Assembly (NCBI GenBank): GCA_027491395.1
Contig: JAOZFI010000036.1
Coordinates: 1-64,000 of the forward strand
DNA: 64,000 nucleotides
Direction: 5' to 3'
From: Thermoproteota archaeon
GTDB lineage: Archaea > Korarchaeota > Korarchaeia > Korarchaeales > Korarchaeaceae
Shown here: piece after piece, positions 9,858 to 18,891 of the stretch
Layout of the letters: each line of letters starts with the position of its first letter
How positions within the stretch are numbered: position 1 is the stretch's first letter
Program-made: the position numbers and the translations under genes
Notes under the pieces: model-generated
Told to the model about the DNA's origin: nothing
The model's database searches: none
The model's input: the letters and a program-made list of their open reading frames with translations, nothing else

Positions 9858-10985
9858 CTAGGCTGCGAGCACCTGCTCCCATATATCGTTGATCTTGGCT
9901 CTCTTCTTGTCGGTCATTACTGGAGATAGATACAACCTCTTCATGAGATCAGGTGGAGGTATGAGGGCGGGCTCCTCGGCCAGCTCAGAGGGGAGAAGCT
10001 TTTTAGTCGCTGGTATGGGCATCGCTATGTAGACGGAGATGGTCTTGTAAGCCGCCACCAGTGGATCTATGAGATAGTTTATGAGAGCCTGGGCAGCCTC
10101 CGGATTGGGGGCATCCTTAGGGACAAGCAGGTTATCTATCCAAGCTATCGCTCCCTCCTCCGGAATCAGGTACGATATGTTCTTGAACCCGTCGCCGTAC
10201 TTTATAGTGAGCACGTCCCCGTTATAGGCGTGGGCGGCCAGCAGAGACCCATTCTCTAAGCCCGGTAGGTACTTGTCCGTGCTGAAGTAACCTGCTATAT
10301 ACGGTTTCTGCTTTATGAGGGCCTCCTTCACCTCCTCCATCGTGGAATCACTCCAGTCATCTAATTCCTTTCCTAAGTACAGTTTGGTAGCGAACACGAC
10401 CTCAGGCGGATCCTCCAGCATAGAGAACTTCTTCTTATACTTCTGTAAGTAATTAGGATCGAAGAATTGCTTCCAGCTCCTCAGATCCTTTACCTCGTCA
10501 GAGTTGAGTCCTATGGCCGTACTACCGAATCCGTACGGGACCGAATAGTTGTTCCCGGGATCATATTCAAGTTCCCTGAACTTGGGATCCAAGTACTTCA
10601 GGTTGGGGACCAGCTCCTTATCCAGCTTCCTGACATATCCCCTCTCTATGGCATTTCTCACGTACTTATCGGTGAGCACCACGATGTCGTAGCCGCTCCC
10701 ACCAGCCTCGAGCTTGGCGAATGCTTCATCATCACTATCGAACACGTCATAGATTACTTTGACGCCAGTCTCGTCCTTGAAGAGCTCGAAGACGAAGGGG
10801 TTGTTGTTATTGCTCCAGTCGTACATGGCGACCTTTCCAGAGAGTTCTCTCCTAGCCTCGCTCGCTTCCTGCTCTATCCTCGCCTGAGAGACGGAAGATC
10901 CATAAAAGTAGCCAGCAGATCCACCGACGATTAAACCGGCAGCCCCAACGACTGCCAACTTGAGGAAATCTCTCCTAGAGGTGAA
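9858..10985 (-). CDS. Spermidine/putrescine (PotD/PotF-like) substrate-binding protein. Its Tat signal SRRDFLK lies upstream of the first in-frame start (TTG 10958)
   Basis: FKDETGVKV, GYDIVV, DPGNNYSVPY, PEEGAIAWIDN; frame open from 10985; no permease genes adjacent. Confidence 0.85.
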   Translation of the reverse strand, partial: FTSRRDFLKLAVVGAAGLIVGGSAGYFYGSSVSQARIEQEASEARRELSGKVAMYDWSNNNNPFVFELFKDETGVKVIYDVFDSDDEAFAKLEAGGSGYDIVVLTDKYVRNAIERGYVRKLDKELVPNLKYLDPKFRELEYDPGNNYSVPYGFGSTAIGLNSDEVKDLRSWKQFFDPNYLQKYKKKFSMLEDPPEVVFATKLYLGKELDDWSDSTMEEVKEALIKQKPYIAGYFSTDKYLPGLENGSLLAAHAYNGDVLTIKYGDGFKNISYLIPEEGAIAWIDNLLVPKDAPNPEAAQALINYLIDPLVAAYKTISVYIAMPIPATKKLLPSELAEEPALIPPPDLMKRLYLSPVMTDKKRAKINDIWEQVLAA

Positions 10986-10998
10986 CTAAATCCCCCAT
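10975..10998 (-). promoter_or_regulatory. Candidate His leader peptide MGDLVHL* (alternative ATG at 11001)
   Basis: ATG GGG GAT TTA GTT CAC CTC TAG with GGGGTG RBS; overlaps the hisD stop (TGATG). Confidence 0.5.
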
Positions 10999-12281
10999 CA
11001 TGTCACCCCGTTGCTGGGGCCGGTATCAGGGCCCTTATAAATTTTTCCTCTAACCTCGGCGGACCTAGCGTGGTACTCCAACCCCTCCAACCTAGCGAAC
11101 TCGGCGACCCTCTCGGAGATTAGGGCTTGGGCCTCTAGGGTTCCACTCTGTCTGTAAACGTATATTCCAGAGAAGTCCTTGAAGAAAGAGAACGGGCTAA
11201 GGCCAGGCCTCTCCATTAGGGTACCTCCAGTGGGCAAGATGTGATTGGCTCCCGTGTAACCGTAATCGCCGTACACCACTCCCACACCCTCGAATACGGC
11301 TCCAGCTAGCCTTGCATTGAATTCTCCCATTATCTCCAGATGTTCAGGTGCGAAAGCATCGCTGAACTCCTCCAAGGATCTCCTGTCCCCGTACAGTATA
11401 CCGCCCCTCTCCCTGAGGGAAGAGACACTCTCATCCCCCGAATATTTATCGAGCTCCTCTTTCAGCCTGAGCGCTAATTCCTCAGACGTGACGAGGGCTA
11501 GAGAAATGGAGTCGGGTCCGTGCTCCGCTTGGGCGAGCATATCCATGACCACGAACTCTATGGGAAAGCTACCATCGTAGAGAATGAGAACCTCCGACGG
11601 TCCCGCTAGGAGATCTATTCTCACATCCCTCGAAACGACCGCCTTGGCGGCTGTCACATAGGAGTTCCCGGGTCCCACGATCATATCGACCGGCTCTAGG
11701 CCGACTTCTGGGAGTCCATAAGCGAGAGAAGCTATTGCTTGGATCCCACCAACTCTCAGAACCTCATCCACGCCCAGCCGGGCGGCTAGTCCCTCTACTA
11801 GCTTGGAATTTCTCGGAGGCGTAGCCATGACAAACTCTTCAACTCCCGCTGCCCTAGCGGGAGCTACTGCCATAAGCAGGGAGGAGGGGAGGGGATGCCT
11901 GCCCCCGGGGACGTATACACCCACCCTCTCCACAAGCTTCGATATTGTACCCTCCCTTATCCACTCTAGTCGGGTCTTGAAACCCCCGACGGAGCATTCC
12001 CTTTCATCCAATAGGGATAAGGCGCAGGAGTATAACCTCTCGTAGGGCTCTAACATGAATTCCTCTATTCTGTAGTCATGCGGGGCTCCATATACCTCCT
12101 CCTTGGCTAATCTGATCCTATCGAATTTTTCGGTCAAATGTAACACGCTTTCCAGTCCTCTCTCCCTCACCTCACCCACTAGTTGGGCGGCGACCTCGAC
12201 TGGTAAGCTGATTCTCTCGCGGAGCTTGGAGAAGGCTTCATTCCAGAGATCCCTTACGTCACCGAAGAGGGCCAGTTCCAT
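10998..12281 (-). CDS. hisD: Histidinol dehydrogenase
   Basis: GVYVPGG, GPGNSYV, AGPSEV, QAEH, PEHL, GDY, NHILPT. Confidence 0.9.
   Translation of the reverse strand: MELALFGDVRDLWNEAFSKLRERISLPVEVAAQLVGEVRERGLESVLHLTEKFDRIRLAKEEVYGAPHDYRIEEFMLEPYERLYSCALSLLDERECSVGGFKTRLEWIREGTISKLVERVGVYVPGGRHPLPSSLLMAVAPARAAGVEEFVMATPPRNSKLVEGLAARLGVDEVLRVGGIQAIASLAYGLPEVGLEPVDMIVGPGNSYVTAAKAVVSRDVRIDLLAGPSEVLILYDGSFPIEFVVMDMLAQAEHGPDSISLALVTSEELALRLKEELDKYSGDESVSSLRERGGILYGDRRSLEEFSDAFAPEHLEIMGEFNARLAGAVFEGVGVVYGDYGYTGANHILPTGGTLMERPGLSPFSFFKDFSGIYVYRQSGTLEAQALISERVAEFARLEGLEYHARSAEVRGKIYKGPDTGPSNGVT
11035..11048 (-). promoter_or_regulatory. Internal BRE/TATA promoter (GGAAAAA-TTTATAA) within the 3' end of hisD
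   Basis: Purine-rich BRE plus TTTATAA about 35-40 nt upstream of the leader ATG. Confidence 0.55.
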
Positions 12282-12358
12282 AGGAGAGAAGCCTACGAAT
12301 CCCGTAATAAGCTTGATGTGGAGGAGAGCTTATAACATCGTGACAACTCTTCTCCAAG

Positions 12359-12739
12359 ATGAGCACTGTAATACAGGCGCTCTTTGAGACGGTGAGGACC
12401 CTCTCTCTCGCTGGGGAGTATCTTCCTGAGGACAGGCTCTCCTCGATAGTGGATCTCATGGCCAAGACATACGTGGAAGAACTTCCAATCACGGACAAGA
12501 CTTCTTTTCTGGAGAGCTTCGAGCTAGTTAAGAGCGCCATACTGGCTAAACCGCCCACTGACGAGGACGAGGATGTAGTGAGGCTCGCTGCATATAACCT
12601 GAGGCAGATGGAGGAGAAGCTTGGACTGAACCAGGACAAACTCAGGGACATCTTCCTCAGGAGAATAGAGGAGGATCTTGGAGAGAACTTAGCTAACCTA
12701 GTGATCCTATTCGAGAGATCGATAAGGGCCTTGGGCTAA
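12359..12739 (+). CDS. Hypothetical helical protein
   Basis: 126-aa ORF with typical composition filling the gap between genes. Confidence 0.65.
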   Translation: MSTVIQALFETVRTLSLAGEYLPEDRLSSIVDLMAKTYVEELPITDKTSFLESFELVKSAILAKPPTDEDEDVVRLAAYNLRQMEEKLGLNQDKLRDIFLRRIEEDLGENLANLVILFERSIRALG

Positions 12740-13249
12740 CTCCCTGAACATTTTCTTATAGATTTGGGCCTTCTTGATGACAACCTCCCTCTCCCTCCTG
12801 AACCTCCTTATTTCATCCTCACTGAGCTCCCTCACCACCTTGGCTGGTATGCCAAGCACGAGAGTGGCTGGAGGTACCTCCTTCCCCGGTGGGACGAGGG
12901 CCCCTGCACCCACCACGGCGGCCTCTTCGACGACAGCACCATCCAGCACTCTAGCGCCTATCCCGATGACCGCATCCTCCAACACCTTAGCCCCGTGAAC
13001 CACTGCTGAATGGGATATCAGTGCCCCTCTGATCTCCACAGGATGACCCGCCGGGGCTTCAACAAGGCATAGCTCGAGTATTCCGGTCTCAGGGCCGATG
13101 ACCACGGAGTCGTCATCGCCCCTCACCACGCTGCCGAAGTAGATGGCGCTATCCTCTAGTAGGGTCACATCCCCAGCCACCCGCGCGCCGGGATCGACGA
13201 AAGCCGTCTCATGGATCGAGGGTCTCTTATCCCTGAAGGGGATTATCAT
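12707..13249 (-). CDS. Gamma-carbonic anhydrase family (left-handed beta-helix) protein
   Basis: PSIHETAFVDP, hexapeptide repeats, HSAVVHG, GIPAKVVR; start 13249 after GAGGTG. Confidence 0.85.
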   Translation of the reverse strand: MIIPFRDKRPSIHETAFVDPGARVAGDVTLLEDSAIYFGSVVRGDDDSVVIGPETGILELCLVEAPAGHPVEIRGALISHSAVVHGAKVLEDAVIGIGARVLDGAVVEEAAVVGAGALVPPGKEVPPATLVLGIPAKVVRELSEDEIRRFRREREVVIKKAQIYKKMFRELAQGPYRSLE

Positions 13250-13259
13250 CTCCCTCACC

Positions 13260-14738
13260 TCACCCCGCGCGCATGTCCCCACTCTCAAGATACCTTATGT
13301 ACCAAGAGAGGGCTTCCTTGTGAAGCAGGGGCATGTGACCCCCAACCTCTTGGATTGCCCTCTCAAAGTACTCAAGGAGTCGATCCCTATAATCCGGATG
13401 TGCGCAGTTCTCTATGAGCTCTCTTGCCCTCTCTCTGGGAGATTTCCCCCTCAGATCGCACATTCCTTGCTCTGTCACGATTACATCGACGTCGTGATCT
13501 ATGTGATCTACGTGACTTACCATGGGGACTATGCAGCTGATCTTCCCGTCCTTCCTAGTGGAGGGCGTTATGAATATGCTCATGTAAGCGGCTCTGGCGA
13601 AGTCCCCAGACCCTCCTATACCGTTTATCACATGCGTACCCATGATGTGGGTGCTGTTAACGAATCCGTAGATGTCCACCTCCACGGCAGTGTTTATGGC
13701 TATGACCCCCAACCTCCTGATTACCTCCCAATCGTTGGTGACGGATTGAGGCCTTAAGATGGTCTTCTTCCTGAAATCTCCTAGGTTAGAGAAGAAGAAG
13801 TCCCTTCCCTTGGGTGAAAGCATCAGAGAAGTTGCTGAAATGTACTCCATCTCGCCAGCAGCCATCATCTTGTAGAACGAGTCCTGAGCCACCTCTGTCC
13901 AAGCCTTTAGACCTCTTATCCCGGCTTCAGCTAGCGCGGACATCACGGCATCTTGCACGGTGCCCACACCGGACTCTATCGGCAGCATCCTCTCCGGGAT
14001 GCGCCCCTCCTCAATCTCCCTCTCTAAGAAGCCAAGGAGGTTATCTGCTATCTTCCTCTCCACGGGGCCCGGCTTCCCGACATCTCCCCCCCTATCATGA
14101 CCATGGGACTCCACTATGGCCACTATCTTGCCCTCGGGTACAGTTAGCCTGTCCCTCCCTATTCTATCGCTCACGTCCCTCACCGGAATGGGCTCCCGGT
14201 TGGGCGGGATTCCGGGGGAGTATATGTCATGCACGCCAATCAGCTCATCGGGTATATCCGGATTCACCTCTACTATGACCTCCTTCGCCTCAGAGGCGAA
14301 CGCATCCACAGCTCCCACACTCATCGACGGTACAATTCCTTTCTCATCCACGTAAACGGCCTCTATCACCGCTAGATCCAATGGCCCTACCTTCGAACTG
14401 AGGAAGCCCGATCTCAAGTACTGAGGCCACTCTCCCAGATGAAAATCATAAAACTCCACTTTACCCGAGTTTATGAGCTTCCTCATCACGGGACTGTACT
14501 GATAGGGGTACCTCCTCTCCACGAGGTTTCTCTCCCCTAGTGTCTGATCTACCTGATAGGCAGAAGCCCCCGTGAGTAGTGAGATCTTCGCAGACAGCCT
14601 TCCCTCATCGTAAAGCTCCGCTATCGTCTTTGGAATAGTTTTAGGATATCCTGAGGAGCCGAACCCGCTTATACCGATGCTTACCCTCTTCCTATCGGAC
14701 ATAACCCTCATAACGGCACTCTCAGGGTCGGTAACCAA
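13260..14738 (-). CDS. Acetyl-CoA hydrolase / succinate CoA-transferase family
   Basis: LLTGAS, ESGVG, TEVAQD, NGIGGSGDF, VTEQG, NCAHPDYR. Confidence 0.9.
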   Translation of the reverse strand: MVTDPESAVMRVMSDRKRVSIGISGFGSSGYPKTIPKTIAELYDEGRLSAKISLLTGASAYQVDQTLGERNLVERRYPYQYSPVMRKLINSGKVEFYDFHLGEWPQYLRSGFLSSKVGPLDLAVIEAVYVDEKGIVPSMSVGAVDAFASEAKEVIVEVNPDIPDELIGVHDIYSPGIPPNREPIPVRDVSDRIGRDRLTVPEGKIVAIVESHGHDRGGDVGKPGPVERKIADNLLGFLEREIEEGRIPERMLPIESGVGTVQDAVMSALAEAGIRGLKAWTEVAQDSFYKMMAAGEMEYISATSLMLSPKGRDFFFSNLGDFRKKTILRPQSVTNDWEVIRRLGVIAINTAVEVDIYGFVNSTHIMGTHVINGIGGSGDFARAAYMSIFITPSTRKDGKISCIVPMVSHVDHIDHDVDVIVTEQGMCDLRGKSPRERARELIENCAHPDYRDRLLEYFERAIQEVGGHMPLLHKEALSWYIRYLESGDMRAG

Positions 14739-14801
14739 GTGATTAAGCCCTTTTACCCTTCCCTCCAGCGTTTCGATCCCCCGACGAATGCGAAGGGGAT
14801 A

Positions 14802-14866
14802 AAGAATAACTTAGCTCTGTCCAGTCACATAACCAAGAATAACTTAGCAATGTTTATTAACTAAGC
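14802..14866. promoter_or_regulatory. 14-bp direct repeat AAGAATAACTTAGC (14802-14815, 14835-14848) plus a degenerate third copy in a divergent promoter
   Basis: Exact repeat with 33-bp period; TAACTAAGC variant at about 14858-14866. Confidence 0.55.
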
Positions 14867-14898
14867 TATGTTAAACTTTGTGACGAAGGTGCCCTCCG

Positions 14899-15597
14899 AT
14901 GCAGGGAGATACGGTCTACGAACTGGTGGATATCCGGAAGAGGTACGGAACTAGGAGGAACTACGTGGAGGCGCTTAGGGGTATCTCCCTAGTGGTTCGG
15001 AAGGGGGAGTTCATTGCTGTGATGGGCCCGTCTGGAAGCGGCAAGACGACCCTACTCAGCATACTTGGCCTGCTCACAAAACCCACCTCAGGAACCGTGA
15101 AAATATTTGGAAAGGATGTGATGAAGCTCACGGATAAGCAGGCTACCCTTCTTAGGAGGAAGACGATAGGCTTCATATTCCAGACATTCAATCTGGTCCC
15201 ATGGCTCACCGCCTACGAGAACGTTGAACTGGCCTTGGCCATAGGGGAGTACAACGGCAACCGCCGGAGGAAGATAATGGAACTCCTCTCTGCCGTAGGC
15301 CTAGAACATAGGGCCAATCACAGGCCGACTGAGCTTTCTGGTGGGGAACAACAGAGGGTGGCTATAGCAAGGGCGTTGGCGAACGACCCGATAGTCATAC
15401 TAGCTGACGAACCCACCGGTAACTTGGATACGGCTTCCGGATTGCAGGTGATGAGCATACTGAGGTCCCTAGTTGAAGAGGGCCGGACGGTCGTGATGGT
15501 CACCCACGACCAGAAGATGGCCGAAATGGCCGATCGTATCGTGAAAATAAGGGATGGTAAAATATTGGGAGAGGTGATACCCGATGTCAAGGCGTAA
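14899..15597 (+). CDS. ABC transporter ATP-binding protein (LolD/MacB-like)
   Basis: GPSGSGKT, LSGGEQQRVAIARAL, DEPTGNLD. Confidence 0.93.
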   Translation: MQGDTVYELVDIRKRYGTRRNYVEALRGISLVVRKGEFIAVMGPSGSGKTTLLSILGLLTKPTSGTVKIFGKDVMKLTDKQATLLRRKTIGFIFQTFNLVPWLTAYENVELALAIGEYNGNRRRKIMELLSAVGLEHRANHRPTELSGGEQQRVAIARALANDPIVILADEPTGNLDTASGLQVMSILRSLVEEGRTVVMVTHDQKMAEMADRIVKIRDGKILGEVIPDVKA

Positions 15598-17182
15598 TAT
15601 AGGAGCCCTTCTTGTCCTCCTCCTGATTCCCTTGCTGCCCCTCTCAGCCATTAAGGGCCATGTGACCTTGGTGGATTATGGATGGGGAACTCAGCAGGAG
15701 GCATTGATAGTCCACTCGGGAGACGGGGTGGTCCCCCTGACTGCAATATTCCGAGTATCCGTGGAGGAAAATCATACTCTGAGGCCTTTGGAGGCTGTGC
15801 TGAAGATACCCTCACCACTAAGAAATCCCAACGGGGGTAGCGTCGAGAAAATAATACCTGGGATACAACTGGGCAAGGACAGGTTCGAGGACGGGGAAGG
15901 GTTCGCACTCACCTTCAGCGTTGAAATCCCGACGAAGACCCCTCCCGGATGGTACGACTTCGAGGTGAATCTGAGCTATGAATTACTCGATGAGGACGGG
16001 GATGTGGTGAAAAGCGGAGCAAACCAATTCACCTTCAGCCTAGAAGTGAAGGGAAGATCCTCGGTCGACTTCACCCTCGGCGGAAAGGTGGTCAAGGGAG
16101 AAGCCTCCACGCTGTATCTCACCCTGAGGAATGCCGGGAAGGAAGACGCTCACATAACCTCAATACAGATCAGCGCCTCTCTGATCAGGATACTGAATCC
16201 CTCCATAAGCGGGGGTACTCTACTGACTCCCGGGGCCTCGGTCAGGTATGACATAGGTGCATACGCAGATGAGAACTTGGATCAGGATACGGACAAGGTG
16301 GCGGTCTTAGTGCACTACACCAGCGGAGGGAAGGACTACAGCGTATCCAAGGTCTTCACTGTTCAGCTGGTTGAAAAGAAAGAGGAAGAGGAGGAGGCAT
16401 CCCCTAGCTTGATCGTACTCTCCGATAAGCACATGCTCTACGCGGGCATACCCAACGAGGTCAACCTGATCGTGAAGAACGTGGGAGATGAGACAGCCAG
16501 AAAGGTGAAGCTTCAACTCTCATCCAAGACGATCACGGTACTTGGTCCCACCCTCTTCGATCTAGGGGACATGATACCTGGCGATTCTAGGAGCATAAAG
16601 TTGAGCCTACTGCCATCGGAGGACAGCAAATCCTATAGGCTGAGTCTCTCGTTTACCTACACGGAGAAGGAAGAAGATAAGGATGTGACCAAGCAGCTCA
16701 ACACCGAGGTCGGGTTTGGGAGGATAGAGGAAGCTAGGGTAGTCATCTCCTCAATGGAGGCCAGCTACAGCAAGGGCAAGCTGAGGATCAGGGGTAATCT
16801 AGCAAATGTCGGTAATAGACAGGCCGATAACATCAATGTGACCATAGAATCAGGGGTCTGCGTGGGTACATCCACCTACTTGGGGGAGCTGGATGATGGA
16901 GAGAGCACTGGCTTCGCTCTATCGTGTCAGGTCCCTGAAGATAAACTTCCACCCAAGATAGGCGTAGTTGTAAAGTACATGGCTTCTCCAGAGAACTGGA
17001 AGGAGGCTAGGAGGGAGGTCTCGGTCGAGGGACCCCAAGCAACCGAGCAACCGTCCAAGGCAACGGTTACCATGACAGATCCCCGCTACGCGGTGGTCTG
17101 GGCTGTGGCTGGCTTGGTGATAGGGTTGATAGTGGGCAAAGTCGTATTCGGCAGGAGGTCTGAGGAGATTGAAGTCCCGTGA
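15584..17182 (+). CDS. Secreted, membrane-anchored COG1361/S-layer-domain-like protein
   Basis: Signal peptide, repeated Ig/CARDB-like units (lxNxG...A), C-terminal TM; sits between ABC ATPase and permease. Confidence 0.7.
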   Translation: MSRRNIGALLVLLLIPLLPLSAIKGHVTLVDYGWGTQQEALIVHSGDGVVPLTAIFRVSVEENHTLRPLEAVLKIPSPLRNPNGGSVEKIIPGIQLGKDRFEDGEGFALTFSVEIPTKTPPGWYDFEVNLSYELLDEDGDVVKSGANQFTFSLEVKGRSSVDFTLGGKVVKGEASTLYLTLRNAGKEDAHITSIQISASLIRILNPSISGGTLLTPGASVRYDIGAYADENLDQDTDKVAVLVHYTSGGKDYSVSKVFTVQLVEKKEEEEEASPSLIVLSDKHMLYAGIPNEVNLIVKNVGDETARKVKLQLSSKTITVLGPTLFDLGDMIPGDSRSIKLSLLPSEDSKSYRLSLSFTYTEKEEDKDVTKQLNTEVGFGRIEEARVVISSMEASYSKGKLRIRGNLANVGNRQADNINVTIESGVCVGTSTYLGELDDGESTGFALSCQVPEDKLPPKIGVVVKYMASPENWKEARREVSVEGPQATEQPSKATVTMTDPRYAVVWAVAGLVIGLIVGKVVFGRRSEEIEVP

Positions 17183-18374
17183 CATCGTGAAGTTCTCCTA
17201 CAAGGCCATGATGAGCAGGAGGAAGAGGGCAGCGCTTACCCTGCTAGGGATATTCTTGGGAGTCTTGACCCTGACTGCAGTGATATCGTTCGCCACAGGT
17301 TACGGTTTGGCCCTCAAGGACATATTCAAGGGCAGCAGCATGAGACTGATCTACCTCTCGGCTCGGGAGAAGATGTTCGACGACTTGGATGTCAGCAAGA
17401 TAGAGGGAATGGAGGGGGTGGAGGCCGTGATGCCTCTGATAAGGATCCCAATGAACCTCACCATCTTAGGGAAGAGCAAGACCTACGTGGTCATGGGAGT
17501 CGATATGAACTATGTTGAGGACGTCTTCCCCGACATAGAGCTCCTGTATGGAGATTGGCCCCCCAACCCAAAGGAGGAGGCCGTGGTGCTGGGATATAAG
17601 TTGGTAAATGAGCTACCTCCAGAAGAGATCGAGGGCTTGATAGGGCTTAATGTGAAGGTGTCCTACGACGATGCACTCACGACCAGGCCAAGGATCTATG
17701 GGATCGCCGCGCCTTACGGAACATCCATAATAGCTGATGTTGATAGATCCATACTGGCACCCATAGACTATGCCATGAAGCTCTACGTCAAGCTGATGGG
17801 GCAGAGAAGCTACACGATACTGGCAATAATAGCTGAGGATGTGGATAGCGTGGACAGGGTGATAGACCAACTCAGCGATGAGTATGGGGACACAGCCTTC
17901 CCCATAGCCATGAAGGACATTCAGAAGCAGCTTGACACTGTGGTCAACATGTCACTACTGGTCCTAGGGGCGATAGCTGCCATGACCATAGTGGTCGCGT
18001 CGATAGGGATAATGAATGCTATGTTCACCGCGGTTACCGAGCGTACTAGGATAATAGGGGTGATGAGGGCAATGGGCGCCTCTCAGAGGGACATAGCCGT
18101 ATCCTTCCTCTTCGAGGGGATTCTGATGAGCAGCATGGCCATAATATCGGGTATGTTACTCGGATATGGGGCCTCCCTGCTCTTGGCGACCATAATGGGT
18201 CCAGGGGAGATGGGCGGACCGCATGCCACCTCCTTCGTGATAACGCCCACCCTACTACCCGAGCACGCTATGGCCATAGCTGGTGTAACCCTCTTCATCA
18301 CGATATTAGGCGCCCTTCCACCCGCCCTGCAGGCAGCGAGGCTGGAACCGGCTAAGGCGCTCAGGTTCGAGTGA
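17169..18374 (+). CDS. ABC transporter permease (FtsX/MacB family)
   Basis: RAALTLLGI, GIMNAMFTAVTERTRIIGVMRAMGA, AARLEPAKALR. Confidence 0.92.
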   Translation: MKSRDIVKFSYKAMMSRRKRAALTLLGIFLGVLTLTAVISFATGYGLALKDIFKGSSMRLIYLSAREKMFDDLDVSKIEGMEGVEAVMPLIRIPMNLTILGKSKTYVVMGVDMNYVEDVFPDIELLYGDWPPNPKEEAVVLGYKLVNELPPEEIEGLIGLNVKVSYDDALTTRPRIYGIAAPYGTSIIADVDRSILAPIDYAMKLYVKLMGQRSYTILAIIAEDVDSVDRVIDQLSDEYGDTAFPIAMKDIQKQLDTVVNMSLLVLGAIAAMTIVVASIGIMNAMFTAVTERTRIIGVMRAMGASQRDIAVSFLFEGILMSSMAIISGMLLGYGASLLLATIMGPGEMGGPHATSFVITPTLLPEHAMAIAGVTLFITILGALPPALQAARLEPAKALRFE

Positions 18375-18390
18375 TCACTCCGATCCTAAC

Positions 18391-18756
18391 TCACCATTTC
18401 TTGTTTATGGATTCGGCCCATAAGTATATCCTCTCAGCCAGATCTAGGATCGCATCCAAGAATCTGTCGTCTACCCTCATTGCACCTAGTTTATCTGATG
18501 TGATGAGGCCATACCTGAACTCGAACTCCTCCAATTCCGGCTCTCCCACCGAAGGTCTATACGCGTGGGGGGTCGTTAGATAGAGCCTCAGGACGTTCTC
18601 ATGGTCGGCTTCGATTCCTAACCTGCTGAGCCCTGCCCTGAATGAGTGTATCATCGACTCCTTGATGAGTGTGAGATACCTCTTCACCTCGGAGCGCTCC
18701 CTTCTGGCCTCCTCCAGCAGCTCCTTTGCCCTGTCGAGATCGCTCAACTGGATCAC
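18391..18756 (-). CDS. Hypothetical helical protein, possibly HEPN-like
   Basis: AKELLEEA start and AILDLAERIYLW end resemble HEPN helices; begins just after the tRNA CCA. Confidence 0.5.
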   Translation of the reverse strand: MIQLSDLDRAKELLEEARRERSEVKRYLTLIKESMIHSFRAGLSRLGIEADHENVLRLYLTTPHAYRPSVGEPELEEFEFRYGLITSDKLGAMRVDDRFLDAILDLAERIYLWAESINKKW

Positions 18757-18761
18757 CTCAG

Positions 18762-18839
<78 letters not shown>

Positions 18840-18891
18840 GGATGGATTGTAAGGTCCTCCCCTAGATAAATCTTATCCTGCCCAATCCGGT

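Noticed and set aside
10986-11000. Stop-codon readthrough (Pyl/Sec) fusing hisD to the binding protein, which share a frame
   Set aside because: Needs readthrough of both TGA and TAG, would bury the Tat signal, and TAG/TGA end many ordinary genes here.
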